NCBI GenBank assembly: GCA_964291285.2
Contig: OZ219786.1
Span: 928,001-992,000 of the forward strand
Length of the DNA stretch: 64,000 nt
From: Alphaproteobacteria bacterium
GTDB taxonomy: Bacteria; Pseudomonadota; Alphaproteobacteria; Bin95
Direction: 5' to 3'
Part shown: positions 32,357 to 42,915 of the stretch, in pieces
Numbering within the stretch: position 1 is the first letter of the stretch
Layout: each line of letters begins with the position of its first letter
Notes under the pieces: generated by a model
The model's input: the letters and a program-made list of their open reading frames with translations, nothing else
Told to the model about the DNA's origin: nothing
Databases searched by the model: none
Program-made: the position numbers and the translations under genes

Positions 32357-33517
32357 TCAGTCCAGGATGAAATGCGGGACGAAACAGGCGTCGTCGGTGG
32401 TGACGGCGCCTTCGTCTTCGCGAATGCACATCCCTGCCGGCTCGCTCGCCACCAGCCAGACGCCGCACATCGGCCGCCGGCCGTCGAATGACGGCAGCGG
32501 CGCCAGCGCCTGGCGCACGAACCCCTCGGCGCCATACGGTCCGTCGAGGCCCGTGGACGCCCGTCCGTTCTCAACGAAGGTGATGTTCGCGCCTTCCCGG
32601 GACAGCAACGGCTTGCGGACATAACGCCCGCCGAGGGACGACGCCTTCGGGTCGTCCTCGAAGAAGGCCGGCAGCAGGTTCGGGTGGCCCTCGAACATCT
32701 CCCACAGCAGCGCCAGCAGGCCCTTGTTGGACAGCACCGCCTTCCAGCCGGGCTCGATGAACTGCGTGCCCGAGCCCGGAATGCGGCTGCCGAACTCCTC
32801 CTCCATCAGCCATTCCCAGGGATAGAGCTTGAAAAGCCAGCGGACCGGCTCGTCGTCGAGATCGGTGAAGCGGCCATTGTCGGCAAGGCCGATATCCTCG
32901 ATGAACAGGCGCCGGGTCGCCAGGCCTGCCTGCCGGCCGCAGTCCTCCAGATATTCGATGGTGCCGAGGTCCTCGTCCGTGTCGCGGGCGCAGGCGAGAT
33001 GCAGAGGGCCCTCGATGCCGAAACGCCCGAATGCTCCGATCAGCCGTTCGTGCAGCGAGTTGAACTGGTCCGCCCCTTCCGGGATGAGGCCCTGCTCCAT
33101 GGCCTGTTCGAGCCATATCCACTGGAAGATGGCGCTCTCGTAAAGCGACGTCGGCGTGTCCGCATTGTATTCGTAGAGCTTCGCCGGCCCATTCCCGTCA
33201 TAGCGGAAGTCCATGCGCCCGTAGAGGTTCCGTTCCCGGTTCCGCCAGCTGTCGGCCACATAGCCCCGGAACATCTCCGGGATCGCCAGCCGCTTCAGCA
33301 CCTCCTCGTCGGCCACGGCCCGCTCGACGACCTCGAAGCACATCTGCTCCAGCTCTTCCGCCGGGTCTTCGAGGTCGTCCTCGATTTCCCGGAGCGTGAA
33401 GCGGTAGGTGTGCGTCTCGTCCCAATAGCGCTCGCCGTCGGGCGTGTGGAAGGTAAACCCGTGCTCCTCCGCGACCTCGCGCCAGTTGTCGCGCGGCCTG
33501 ACCGGCAGGCGCTCCAT
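32357..33517 (-). CDS. Glutathionylspermidine synthase-like ATP-grasp protein (YgiC family)
   Basis: YWDET, YGRMDF, EYNADTPTSLYE, FKLYPWEW, SREGAN, FVPH. Confidence 0.92.
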   Translation of the reverse strand: MERLPVRPRDNWREVAEEHGFTFHTPDGERYWDETHTYRFTLREIEDDLEDPAEELEQMCFEVVERAVADEEVLKRLAIPEMFRGYVADSWRNRERNLYGRMDFRYDGNGPAKLYEYNADTPTSLYESAIFQWIWLEQAMEQGLIPEGADQFNSLHERLIGAFGRFGIEGPLHLACARDTDEDLGTIEYLEDCGRQAGLATRRLFIEDIGLADNGRFTDLDDEPVRWLFKLYPWEWLMEEEFGSRIPGSGTQFIEPGWKAVLSNKGLLALLWEMFEGHPNLLPAFFEDDPKASSLGGRYVRKPLLSREGANITFVENGRASTGLDGPYGAEGFVRQALAPLPSFDGRRPMCGVWLVASEPAGMCIREDEGAVTTDDACFVPHFILD

Positions 33518-34053
33518 CAGGCGCCGGCGCCGAATCCCGTGGCGCGCGCACGCGCGCCGAAGCCGCCCCGCTGTTGCGTGTAGAGCTTCTGGGCGGGACG
33601 CCCGGCGGCGCGTTCGGCCACCTGCGTGCGCCCGATCGCGCCGCCGACGGAGCGGTTGTTCGCCGTGCGGAAATTCTTGCCGTCGTCCCCCGAGCGGTAG
33701 AGCGGCTGCGTGTGCGCCCGGCCGCCCATCATCTGCCCCATCATGAAACCCGCCATGAGCGGCATGAACACGCTGCCGCCGGTATTGGTCGTGTATGGCG
33801 AGACCTCGCAGCCCTCGGCGCCGAAATCGGCCTCGCAATCGGCGCGCGAGGTGTATTTGGGCGCGACCTCAGCATGCTGCGCCTTCGCCGTATTAAATTC
33901 GCCATAGCACTGCTCCGCCGTGATGCCCTGTTCGGCGATGCACTGCTCCACCGTCTCGAAGATTGCCGCGTCCGTCCTCGGTTCCTCGCAAGCGCTAAGG
34001 GTGAGTGCCGAGGTTCCCATCATGACCAGGGCGATCCGGCTCGAGCGTTTCAT
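33517..34053 (-). CDS. DUF1190 (YgiB-like) lipoprotein
   Basis: Lipobox LSAC; APKYTSRADCEADFG, FMPLMAGFMMG; usual partner of YgiC. Confidence 0.88.
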   Translation of the reverse strand: MKRSSRIALVMMGTSALTLSACEEPRTDAAIFETVEQCIAEQGITAEQCYGEFNTAKAQHAEVAPKYTSRADCEADFGAEGCEVSPYTTNTGGSVFMPLMAGFMMGQMMGGRAHTQPLYRSGDDGKNFRTANNRSVGGAIGRTQVAERAAGRPAQKLYTQQRGGFGARARATGFGAGA

Positions 34054-34082
34054 GGCAGGGCCCTCCTTCTGAGCAAAGACCT

Positions 34083-35252
34083 TCAGCGGGCGAGGCGCAT
34101 CTCGACCAGATTGGCGAAATAGCTCGACCCGACGGGCAGCACCTCGTCGTTGAAGTCGTAGCGCGGATGATGCAGGCCGGGATCGTCGCCCGTCACGCCG
34201 CCGCCGAGCCAGATATAGGCACCCGGCCGCTCGAGCAGCATGTAGGAGAAGTCCTCGCCGCCCATCACCGGCGGCACGGTGCTGTCCACCTTGGCCTCGC
34301 CGACGGTCGCGGCGGCGGCGGCCTCGGCGAAGCCGGTCTCGCGCTCATGGTTGACGGTCGGCGGATAGCCGCGGTCATAGTTGAAGTCCGCGCTTCCGCC
34401 CATTGCCGCCGCCACAGCCTCGGCGATGCGCGTCATGCCCGCTTCCATGGCGTCGCGCATATCGGGGTCGAAGGTCCGTACCGTGCCGTCGAGCGAAGCC
34501 GTGTCCGGGATCACGTTGAAGGCCGTGCCGGCGTGGAACATGGTCGTGCTGATGACCGCCGACTTGATCGGATCGGCGGTGCGCGACACCAGGGTCTGCC
34601 AGGTCGTGACGATCTGCGCGCCGATGGCGACCGGATCGACGGAAAGATGCGGCATGGCGGCGTGCCCGCCCTTGCCCTGGACGGTCAGCGAGAAACGGTC
34701 CGCCGCCGCCATCATCGGCCCCGGAACGACGCCGATGGTGCCCGCCGGAAGCATGGGAGCATTGTGCAGGCCGTAAACCTCGTCGCAGGGGAAGCGGTCG
34801 AACAGCCCCTCCTCGACCATCTTGAGCCCGCCGGCGCCGCCTTCCTCCGCCGGCTGGAAGATGAGGTGCACGGTGCCGTCGAAATTCCGCGTCTCGGCCA
34901 GATACTTGGCCGCACCCAGCAGCATGGTCGTGTGGCCGTCATGTCCGCAGGCATGCATCCGTCCGGGATTGACCGACTTCCAGGGAGACTCGTTCTCCTC
35001 GTCCATCGGCAGGCAGTCCATATCCGCGCGCAGCCCGATGGTGCGCCCGGAAGACCCGTTGCCCCAGATGACGCCGACCAGACCGGTCCCGGCGATATTC
35101 CGCGTCACCTCGACCCCCCAGCTTTCCAGCCGTTCGGCGACAAGGTCCGAGGTCCGGTGCTCCTCGTAGCCAAGCTCGGGATGCATGTGGAAGTCGCGCC
35201 GCCACTCGGTCAGCTGCTCATGATCGGCGGCGATGGAATTGACGATCGGCAT
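34083..35252 (-). CDS. M20D amidohydrolase (hippurate hydrolase-like)
   Basis: HPELGYEE, LRADMD, MHACGHDGH, FQPAEE, GEDF, LHHPRYDFND. Confidence 0.93.
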   Translation of the reverse strand: MPIVNSIAADHEQLTEWRRDFHMHPELGYEEHRTSDLVAERLESWGVEVTRNIAGTGLVGVIWGNGSSGRTIGLRADMDCLPMDEENESPWKSVNPGRMHACGHDGHTTMLLGAAKYLAETRNFDGTVHLIFQPAEEGGAGGLKMVEEGLFDRFPCDEVYGLHNAPMLPAGTIGVVPGPMMAAADRFSLTVQGKGGHAAMPHLSVDPVAIGAQIVTTWQTLVSRTADPIKSAVISTTMFHAGTAFNVIPDTASLDGTVRTFDPDMRDAMEAGMTRIAEAVAAAMGGSADFNYDRGYPPTVNHERETGFAEAAAAATVGEAKVDSTVPPVMGGEDFSYMLLERPGAYIWLGGGVTGDDPGLHHPRYDFNDEVLPVGSSYFANLVEMRLAR

Positions 35253-35258
35253 TGCTCC

Positions 35259-36653
35259 TCAAGCCTCCCTGGCTGCTTCCGTCTTGGACGGCCCGGCGAC
35301 GAGCGCCGCATTCTCCGTCTCGAGTTCCTGTTCGATCGCGGCGATCGCGGCTGCCTGGCCGGGCGCCGGCGGCGCCGGCGGCCGCCACTCCAGACTATCG
35401 AAAACCCCGCACTGGGGACAAGCGCCGCTCCAATCGGGCGACATGGCGCTGCACGCCCGGCAGATCCATGCCGGATCCCCGGGCGCCAGCCGCGCCCGCG
35501 CCAGCCAGTTTCTGGCCCCGTCCGTATCGCCGTCCGCCAGCGCAATGCTCGCCATCAGCCGGCAGATGCGCGCCGGCGCGCCTTCGCCCGCAAGGGGCTC
35601 GACCAGCCTGCGGGCTTCCGCCTGCTGCCCGGCCGCGAGAGCCAGATCGGCCAGCAGCGCGCGCGTCTCCGGCCGCGCGGTATCGCCCTTCAGCAGGCGT
35701 TGCCCCTGCGTGAAGCGCACGGCCGGCGTCAGCCGGCCCCACAATGCCGCCAGTGTCTCGCCCAGCATCGGGTGGGCGGCCTTCGTCCAGCCGTCGCGAA
35801 GGATCTTCTCCGCCCTGCTGCCATGACCGGCAGCGCCTTCCAGGCGCGCCACGCGGGCCGTTGCGGCAGGCATGGAAGGGGCGAGCTTCCAGGCGGTGCG
35901 GGCGTAGTTGAGGGCCGCGGCGCTGTCTTCGCGCTCCTCGGCAAGGCGGGACCGCTCCACCGCGATGACCGCGCGCCGGCGCCTCAGGTCCTCTCCCCGC
36001 ACGAGCTTCCTGCCCGCCAGCGCCTCCAGCGCCGCCGACGCGCCGTCCCAGTCGCCATTCGCCGTGCGCAGGTTGAACAGCGCCTCGAGGACCCAGGGTG
36101 TGCCCGGCCGCTCCTTCTGCGCGCGGGCGGCAATTGCGAGCGCTTCGGCCCGGTCGCCGGCGCGGTCGGCCTGCGCCATCAGGCCGCGCAGGCCGAGCAG
36201 GCTGGTCTCCGGCTCGTCCACCATCGCCTCGAAGAACTTGCGGGCCGCGCTGTCGTCGCCGTTCAATTGCGCCGCCTGCGCTGCAAGCAGCAGGGTCAGG
36301 GGGGCGCCGTCGAGCATCCGGTCGGCCTCGCGGGCGCGGCGCCTGGCTTCGTCGGCCGCGCCTGCCGCAACCGCCACCATGCCGAGGCTCAGCGCCCGGT
36401 ATCCGCGCTCGCGGCGGCGCCCGGCGCGCCCGAACCGCATGGCCTGCGGCGCGCGGCGGAGCGCCAGCCAGGACCGGTAAGCGAACGCTGCCAGCAGGCC
36501 GATAAGGAGGAGCGCCACCAGCAACCCGCCGGTCCGGGCATTAATACGCCACTGCCCAAGGCTGAATTCGCCATCGCCCGGCATCTGCGCCAGCAGGACG
36601 GCCGCAGCCACGACGAGCCCGATCTTGAGCAGCGTCCATAACAGGCGGATCAT
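35259..36653 (-). CDS. HemY-like (HemY_N/TPR) membrane protein
   Basis: Two N-terminal TMs, TPR-like helices, C-terminal WxCxxC...W...CPxC; position after the mitofilin-like gene. Confidence 0.85.
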   Translation of the reverse strand: MIRLLWTLLKIGLVVAAAVLLAQMPGDGEFSLGQWRINARTGGLLVALLLIGLLAAFAYRSWLALRRAPQAMRFGRAGRRRERGYRALSLGMVAVAAGAADEARRRAREADRMLDGAPLTLLLAAQAAQLNGDDSAARKFFEAMVDEPETSLLGLRGLMAQADRAGDRAEALAIAARAQKERPGTPWVLEALFNLRTANGDWDGASAALEALAGRKLVRGEDLRRRRAVIAVERSRLAEEREDSAAALNYARTAWKLAPSMPAATARVARLEGAAGHGSRAEKILRDGWTKAAHPMLGETLAALWGRLTPAVRFTQGQRLLKGDTARPETRALLADLALAAGQQAEARRLVEPLAGEGAPARICRLMASIALADGDTDGARNWLARARLAPGDPAWICRACSAMSPDWSGACPQCGVFDSLEWRPPAPPAPGQAAAIAAIEQELETENAALVAGPSKTEAAREA

Positions 36654-37927
36654 CTGCCGTCCCCGGCGGTAAGCGCCTGCAACTCCGCATCGGCCGCCAG
36701 CCGGTCCCGGGCGGCGAGGCGCCAGCCGTCGAACGGCAGCGGCAGGTCGCCGCCGAGCTCCGCAACCGCGCCCGCCAGATTGCCGTCCTCGATATGGGCT
36801 TCCGCACGGCCGAGTGCCGCATCGGCGCCGTCGCCGGCCAGGTCCTTGGAAACCCGGCGGACGCTTACGACATCGGAGAGCCGCCCGATCACGTCGTCGA
36901 GCCAGGGCGTGCCGGTCGCCCCCTCGGGCCGGAGGGTGCGGGCGCGGGCCAGCTCCTTGAACCGCCGCGCCAGCGCGTCCGCCGTCGGCAGGCCCTGTTC
37001 GGCATGCGCCGTCCACGAGCCGAAGCCGGGGCCGCCGGCCGCCCGAAGCGCCTCCAGCTCCTCCTTGAACGGCACGCCGGAGTCCACCGCGAACCTGAGG
37101 CGCGCGGCGGCCAGCTTGACCCCGCCGCCCGCCTCGTCCGAGAGGGCGAGGTTCGCGACCGCGTCGCGCAGCACGGCCAGCTCCGCAAGCGCCTTGTCCG
37201 CAGACGCGCCGGCCTCGCCCGCGGCGCGGTCCGTCGCCGCCATCCACGCATCCAGATCGTTCGTCCTGCCGTCCGCTTCGAGGCCCTCCACACGCATGTC
37301 CAGCGCCGCGACCGCCGCCTTGAGCGACGCCAGCCCCGGGTCCGCAGCCGCAGAGCCGTCGGCCGTGGGCCGCGCCTCCAATGCGGCGAGCCCTTCCCTG
37401 AGGCCGGCAATCTCGGCGGCGACCGCCGGATCGACGACCGGCTCCGCCTGTTCGAGAGCCGCGACCCGCGCTTCCAGCGACTCCAGCCGGGCGTCGAGCC
37501 GCCGTTCGAATGCCTCCAGGGCTTCGCGCAGAGCGGCGGCTTCGCCGGCCACCGTTGCGATAGTCTCCCGGTTGCCCGTTATCGCCGCCGAGTGCGCGTC
37601 CAGATGCGCCCGGTCAGCCGATTCGACCTCCGCTTTCAGCACCCGTTCGGTCAGGCGCTGTATATCGTCTGTCGTCGCCATGTCGGGCGGCTGGCCGGCG
37701 AGGAAGGCGGCAAGGCGCTCCGGCTGAGCGGCGACCAGATAGCCCAGCGCCGCAATGAGCACGACCGGCAGGAGCCAGAGCAGCAGGAACAGCCGTCCGC
37801 GACGCCGGCGGCGGGCCGCCGCCCTTTCTTCCGGCGTTCCGGCGGATTCCGCGGCCGGGCGGTCCTCCGCGACCGCCTCGACCTCTATCGGCTCCGCCTC
37901 GTCTCCCGGTCGATCCGTCATCGGCAT
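36650..37927 (-). CDS. Mitofilin/Mic60-like (COG4223) membrane protein
   Basis: Single TM, long coiled coil, C-terminal AVDSGVPFKEEL, GLPT, VVSVRR, AEAHIEDGNLAGA; downstream of hemD. Confidence 0.78.
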   Translation of the reverse strand: MPMTDRPGDEAEPIEVEAVAEDRPAAESAGTPEERAAARRRRRGRLFLLLWLLPVVLIAALGYLVAAQPERLAAFLAGQPPDMATTDDIQRLTERVLKAEVESADRAHLDAHSAAITGNRETIATVAGEAAALREALEAFERRLDARLESLEARVAALEQAEPVVDPAVAAEIAGLREGLAALEARPTADGSAAADPGLASLKAAVAALDMRVEGLEADGRTNDLDAWMAATDRAAGEAGASADKALAELAVLRDAVANLALSDEAGGGVKLAAARLRFAVDSGVPFKEELEALRAAGGPGFGSWTAHAEQGLPTADALARRFKELARARTLRPEGATGTPWLDDVIGRLSDVVSVRRVSKDLAGDGADAALGRAEAHIEDGNLAGAVAELGGDLPLPFDGWRLAARDRLAADAELQALTAGDGR

Positions 37928-38664
37928 CCTTCGCCGGCAATGCCGGGCGCTTCCAGGATACGGTCCACTTCCGCCATCATCGCCTCGTGATCCGGCCGGC
38001 CGGCAACACAGACCTCGCGCCAGGCAACGCCTTCCAGAGCCCGGCCCACGGCCTCGCTGAGGACGCAGGCATGAACGCAGCGGCAGGACTCTTCGACGCC
38101 GCTCCGCAGCGCCAATCTAGCAAACACCGCCGCCGTCCGGGGAGAGAAAAACAGGGCGAAGCCGAGACTCCCGACAGTCAATTCCTCCATGAGCGCCGGG
38201 CTGAACGCTTTGACGGCAAGGGCGCGGTAAAGCACCTCGCGCCGCACGACGAACCCCGCCTCCGCCAGACTGCCTGCCAGGTTCCCCGCAACGGCCTCGC
38301 CCGAGGCATGGAGCAGGGGCCCGGCCGAGGGAGCGCAGCGCGCCGCCGCCAGTCCCGCCAGTTCGCGGGCGCCGCCGGCCGCGCTGTCGATCCGAAGGAA
38401 GCCCGCCGCGCGCGCTTCCCGCGCCGTTGCATCTCCCGCCGCGAATGCCGGCAGGCCGCGCTCCGGCGAGGCGGCCGCGAAGGCGCGCACCCCGTTCGCG
38501 CTCGTGAACAGCAGGGCTTGCACATCCGTAATGTCGAGGACCGGCGCCGGCAGGAACTCGATCCTGAGCATCGGCTCGACCAGGGCGGCGACGCCGCGCG
38601 CCGCCAGCGCATCGGCAGTGCGGTCGGCGTCGGGCAACGGCCGGGTGACGAGGGCCCGGATCAC
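37918..38664 (-). CDS. hemD: Uroporphyrinogen-III synthase
   Basis: GTG overlapping the hemC stop; LVTRP, FTSANGV, FFSPRTA. Confidence 0.92.
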   Translation of the reverse strand: MIRALVTRPLPDADRTADALAARGVAALVEPMLRIEFLPAPVLDITDVQALLFTSANGVRAFAAASPERGLPAFAAGDATAREARAAGFLRIDSAAGGARELAGLAAARCAPSAGPLLHASGEAVAGNLAGSLAEAGFVVRREVLYRALAVKAFSPALMEELTVGSLGFALFFSPRTAAVFARLALRSGVEESCRCVHACVLSEAVGRALEGVAWREVCVAGRPDHEAMMAEVDRILEAPGIAGEGCR

Positions 38665-39566
38665 CCGTCGAGCGCCCCCGGCGGCGCGTCTGCGCGGAGC
38701 GCCTCCCCCGCTTCCAGCCCGATGGCCGCAGCCTCGTCGGCCGGCCCCGACCGGCACACTTCCCGCATCTCCGCCCCGTCCGGCGTCAGCAGCCGGCCCC
38801 GAAGCACGAGTTCGCCGTCCTGGAGGCGCGCATGGGCGGCAATCGGCGTCCGGCAGGACCCGTCGAGCGCCGCGAGCAGGGCGCGCTCGGCCGTCACGCA
38901 GCAGGAGGTGGGCCCGTGGTCGATGGCGGCGAGGCGCTCGCGCAGGGCGCAATCCCCGGCGCGGCACTCGATGCCGACCGCGCCCTGCCCCGCCGCCGGC
39001 AGCATGTCCTCCGGCGCAAGGGGGACGGCGCGCTCCGCCATGCCGAGCCGCGCGAGGCCGGCCATCGCCAGGAAGGTCGCGTCGAATTCCCCGGCGCGCA
39101 CCCGCTCCAGCCGCGTCCCGACATTGCCGCGGATGAGCGCGGGCACGAGATCGGGCCGCCGGGCCAGCATCTGCGCCTGCCGGCGGAGCGAGGCCGTGCC
39201 GACTCGCGCGCCCGGCGCCAGGTCGGCGAGTGTGGGCGCCCCGCCCGCCAGCCCGTCGCGGGGGTCTTCGCGCTCCAGCATGGCGGCCAGCACGAAGCCT
39301 TCCGGCAGCACCGTCTCCAGGTCCTTCACCGAGTGGACTGCGGCGTCGATCCGCCCCTCGGCCAGCGCCGCCTCGATCTCCTTTGCAAACAGGCCCTTGC
39401 CGCCGATATCGGCCAGCCGCGGGTCGCGTATCCGGTCCCCTGTCGTGCGGATGGCGACGATCTCGACATCGAGGTCAGGATCATGCGCCCGCAGGGCGGC
39501 CGCCACCTCTTCCGCCTGCCGGAGGGCAAGCGGGCTGCCGCGCGTGCCGAGACGGATTTTTGCCAT
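38661..39566 (-). CDS. hemC: Hydroxymethylbilane synthase
   Basis: [36 protein letters not shown]. Confidence 0.96.
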   Translation of the reverse strand: MAKIRLGTRGSPLALRQAEEVAAALRAHDPDLDVEIVAIRTTGDRIRDPRLADIGGKGLFAKEIEAALAEGRIDAAVHSVKDLETVLPEGFVLAAMLEREDPRDGLAGGAPTLADLAPGARVGTASLRRQAQMLARRPDLVPALIRGNVGTRLERVRAGEFDATFLAMAGLARLGMAERAVPLAPEDMLPAAGQGAVGIECRAGDCALRERLAAIDHGPTSCCVTAERALLAALDGSCRTPIAAHARLQDGELVLRGRLLTPDGAEMREVCRSGPADEAAAIGLEAGEALRADAPPGALDG

Positions 39567-39674
39567 GCGCCGCGGGTTACCCCTTCCGGCGGCCGGGCGC
39601 AATCCGTCGCCGCGCCCGCCGACGGGCGCAATCGGTCATTGCGCGGGCAGGCGGGCCCTGTAATGTCCGGCGCC

Positions 39675-40706
39675 ATGCAGGTCCTCGGCATCGAGACGAG
39701 TTGCGACGAGACGGCGGCGGCCGTGGTGGACGCCGACCGGCGCATCCTCGCCGAGCGCCTGTTGTCGCAAATCCGCGAACACGAACCCTATGGCGGCGTC
39801 GTGCCCGAAATCGCGGCCCGCGCCCATCTCGACCATCTCGACCGGCTGGTCGCGGAGACGATGGCGGAGGCCGGCATCGGCTTCGCCGGACTCGACGGCA
39901 TCGCGGTGGCCGCCGGACCCGGCCTGATCGGCGGGCTGCTGGTGGGCGCGACCGCGGCGAAGGCGATGGCGCTGGCGAGCGGCCGGCCTTTCCTCGCCGT
40001 CAACCACCTGGAAGCGCACGCGCTGACCGCGCGGCTCACGGACGGGCTCGACTTCCCCTATCTGCTGCTGCTGGTCTCCGGCGGACACACGCAATTGCTG
40101 GCGGTCGAAGGCGTCGGCCGCTACCGGCTCTACGGCGAGACCGAGGACGACGCGCTGGGCGAGGCGTTCGACAAGGCGGCCCGCCTGCTCGGGCTCGGCT
40201 TTCCCGGCGGGCCGGCGGTCGAGAAGGCTGCGGAAGCGGGCGATCCGGCGCGATTCCGCCTGCCGCGCCCGCTCGCCGGACGGCCCGGCGCCGGCTTCTC
40301 CTTCTCCGGCCTGAAGACCGCGCTCCGCCGCGCCGTCGAGGCGCTGCCCGCGCCGCGCGACCGGGACATTGCGGACCTCGCCGCCTCGTTCCAGGCCGCC
40401 GCCGCCGACACGCTGGCCGACCGCACCGGCAATGCCGCCGCCATGTTCCGGCGGGACTGCCCGGCCGGCCGCACACTCGTAGCGGCCGGCGGCGTTGCCG
40501 CAAACCGGAGCCTCAGGACGCGCCTGCAACGGGTGGCCGAGGAACACGGTCTTGCCTTCGCCGCCCCGCCGCCGCGCCTCTGCACCGACAATGCCGCCAT
40601 GATCGCCTGGGCCGGGCTGGAGCGGCTGAGGCTGGGCGGGCGCGACGGCCTCGACTTCCGGCCCCGGCCGCGCTGGCCGCTCGCACCCGCGACCGGCGCG
40701 TCATGA
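39675..40706 (+). CDS. tsaD: tRNA N6-adenosine threonylcarbamoyltransferase
   Basis: [43 protein letters not shown]; alternative start at 39663. Confidence 0.96.
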   Translation: MQVLGIETSCDETAAAVVDADRRILAERLLSQIREHEPYGGVVPEIAARAHLDHLDRLVAETMAEAGIGFAGLDGIAVAAGPGLIGGLLVGATAAKAMALASGRPFLAVNHLEAHALTARLTDGLDFPYLLLLVSGGHTQLLAVEGVGRYRLYGETEDDALGEAFDKAARLLGLGFPGGPAVEKAAEAGDPARFRLPRPLAGRPGAGFSFSGLKTALRRAVEALPAPRDRDIADLAASFQAAAADTLADRTGNAAAMFRRDCPAGRTLVAAGGVAANRSLRTRLQRVAEEHGLAFAAPPPRLCTDNAAMIAWAGLERLRLGGRDGLDFRPRPRWPLAPATGAS

Positions 40707-41557
40707 TGGTCGGCGTGCTGGGCGCGGGCGCCTGGGGACGCGCGCTGGCGAAAACGGCGGACCGCGCCGGGCACGAAGTCGCGCTCTGGGGCCGGGCCGA
40801 CGGTACGCACCGCTTCGAGGCCGCCGCCTCGGCCGAGGTCGTGGTCCTGGCGGTCCCGGCCCAGGCCATGGCCGCACTGGCGGACCGGCTCGACCCCGGA
40901 ACGGTGCACGGCGTGCCGGTGATCGCCGCCAAGGGCTTGGAGCGCGGCACGGGCCGGCTGATGAGCGAGGTGCTGGGCCCGGGTTTTGCCGCAGGCGTGC
41001 TGTCCGGCCCCAATTTCGCCGCCGAGGTCGCCGCCGGCCTGCCGACGGCGGCGGTGCTGGCGGGCGCGCCGCAGGCCGCCTTCGCCACGAGCGGCTTCCG
41101 CGTCTATGAGAGCCGCGATGTCGTCGGCGTGCAGCTATGCGGGGCGCTCAAGAACGTCATCGCCATCGCGGCGGGGATTACCGAAGGACGCCGGCTCGGC
41201 GAGAACGCCCGCGCCGCCCTGATGACGCGGGGTCTCGCGGAAATCCGCCGCCTCGTCATCGCCGAGGGCGGCGAGGCCGAAACGGTCGCCGGGCTGGCCG
41301 GCCTCGGCGACCTGATGCTGACTGCGACCAGCCCCACCTCGCGCAACTATGCCTACGGAGTGGCGTTGGGCGCGGCGGAGCCGCCGCCTGACGCGCTTGC
41401 CGAAGGCGCGACCACGGCCGAGCCCGCCCTGCTCCGCGCAGCGCGCGCCGGTGTGGAGTTGCCGATTGCAGCGGCCGTCGCCGATATTGTCGCGGGGCGC
41501 GTCGATATAGAAACCGCCATGAAGCGGCTGCTCGCCCGCCCCGCCGGCCGCGAATGA
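40703..41557 (+). CDS. gpsA: NAD(P)H-dependent glycerol-3-phosphate dehydrogenase (compact form)
   Basis: [36 protein letters not shown]. Confidence 0.92.
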   Translation: MMVGVLGAGAWGRALAKTADRAGHEVALWGRADGTHRFEAAASAEVVVLAVPAQAMAALADRLDPGTVHGVPVIAAKGLERGTGRLMSEVLGPGFAAGVLSGPNFAAEVAAGLPTAAVLAGAPQAAFATSGFRVYESRDVVGVQLCGALKNVIAIAAGITEGRRLGENARAALMTRGLAEIRRLVIAEGGEAETVAGLAGLGDLMLTATSPTSRNYAYGVALGAAEPPPDALAEGATTAEPALLRAARAGVELPIAAAVADIVAGRVDIETAMKRLLARPAGRE

Positions 41558-41583
41558 CCGGACATGGAAGAGGAAACCGACCG

Positions 41584-41997
41584 ATGAATTACTGGCTGTT
41601 CAAGAGCGAGCCCGGCGCCTGGTCGTGGCAGAACCAGCTGGATGCCGGCACGGCCGAATGGGACGGCGTGCGCAACTATCAGGCCGCCAACAACATGAAG
41701 GCGATGAAGGTCGGCGACCGGGGCTTCTTCTACCATTCTGTCGGCGAGCGGGCGATCGTCGGCACGGTCGAGGTGGTGAAGGAATACTACCCCGACCCGA
41801 CGGACGCCTCGGGCCGCTTCGGCATGGTGGACGTGCGCGCCGTCGAGAGCGCGGCCCGCCCGGTGACGCTCGCGGAGATCAAGGCCGACCCCGATTTCGC
41901 CGAGCTTCCGCTCGTGCGCCAGTCGCGGCTGTCCGTCTCGCCGGTGCCGGCTCCGCTCTGGACCAAGCTCTGCGCGATGGCCGGCGTCTCCGGCTGA
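41584..41997 (+). CDS. EVE domain protein
   Basis: YWLFKSEP, WDGVRNYQA, FYHS, SRLSV. Confidence 0.93.
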   Translation: MNYWLFKSEPGAWSWQNQLDAGTAEWDGVRNYQAANNMKAMKVGDRGFFYHSVGERAIVGTVEVVKEYYPDPTDASGRFGMVDVRAVESAARPVTLAEIKADPDFAELPLVRQSRLSVSPVPAPLWTKLCAMAGVSG

Positions 41998-42007
41998 CCC
42001 GCCGCGC

Positions 42008-42883
42008 ATGGGCTGGCTCGACCGCATCGCCGAATGCAACCGGCACGACCTGTCCGGCTTCCTGCCGTTCGAGGTCGGGGAAAAGCGGATCGGCTGGGTC
42101 CGCCGCAGCCTGGCGGAACGGCTTGCCGGGCGGCCGGAAGTCTTCGCCGTCGGGGCCGGCTCGGCCGGTTTCGCGCCCGCCCTCGACACGCCCGAACAGC
42201 GGACCGCCGCGCTCGCCGGGATCGTCCGCGAATGGCACGGGAACGGCCTGCTGCGCCGGGTCAGCGGGGAGCTGCTTGCCGTCGGCGCAAGCCTCGCCGA
42301 GCCGCCGCTTTTCCTGATCGACCGCTCGGCCGTGCAGGCCTTCGGCTTCAGCGCGGTGGGCGTGCATGTGAACGGCTATGTGCAGCGCCCGGACGGGCTG
42401 CATGTCTGGATCGCCGAGCGCGCCGCCGGGCGCCACAGCTATCCGGGCATGCTCGACAACATGGTCGCCGGGGGCCAGCCGGCCGGCCTCTCGCTGATGG
42501 AGAACGTCGTCAAGGAAGCGGGCGAGGAGGCCGGTATCCCCTCTGCGCTCGCCGGGACCGCGCGGCCCGCCGGCGCCGTCACCTACTGCCTCGAAACCGA
42601 AGCCGGCCTGCGCCCGGATATCCTCTACGTGTACGACCTCGAGCTCCCGGCCGGGTTCCAGCCTCGCAACAGCGACGGCGAGGTCGCCTGCTTCGAACTC
42701 TGGCCGGCAGGACGCCTGGCCGAAACCGTGCGGGACACCGGGCGGTTCAAGTTCAACTGCAATCTCGTCATCATCGACTTCCTCATCCGCCGGGGCGTTC
42801 TCGGCCCGGAAGAGCCGGACTATCCCGCCATTCTCGCCGGCCTCCGCCCCGCTCTGCCCATCGACCCCTGGCGGTTGTGGTAG
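42008..42883 (+). CDS. Nudix hydrolase with DUF4743-like N-terminus
   Basis: GVHVNGY, LDNMVAGG, KEAGEEAG, FKFNCNLVIIDF. Confidence 0.88.
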   Translation: MGWLDRIAECNRHDLSGFLPFEVGEKRIGWVRRSLAERLAGRPEVFAVGAGSAGFAPALDTPEQRTAALAGIVREWHGNGLLRRVSGELLAVGASLAEPPLFLIDRSAVQAFGFSAVGVHVNGYVQRPDGLHVWIAERAAGRHSYPGMLDNMVAGGQPAGLSLMENVVKEAGEEAGIPSALAGTARPAGAVTYCLETEAGLRPDILYVYDLELPAGFQPRNSDGEVACFELWPAGRLAETVRDTGRFKFNCNLVIIDFLIRRGVLGPEEPDYPAILAGLRPALPIDPWRLW

Positions 42884-42915
42884 TCTGCGTTTATCCGGCG
42901 AAGCGGGAGGTTCCG

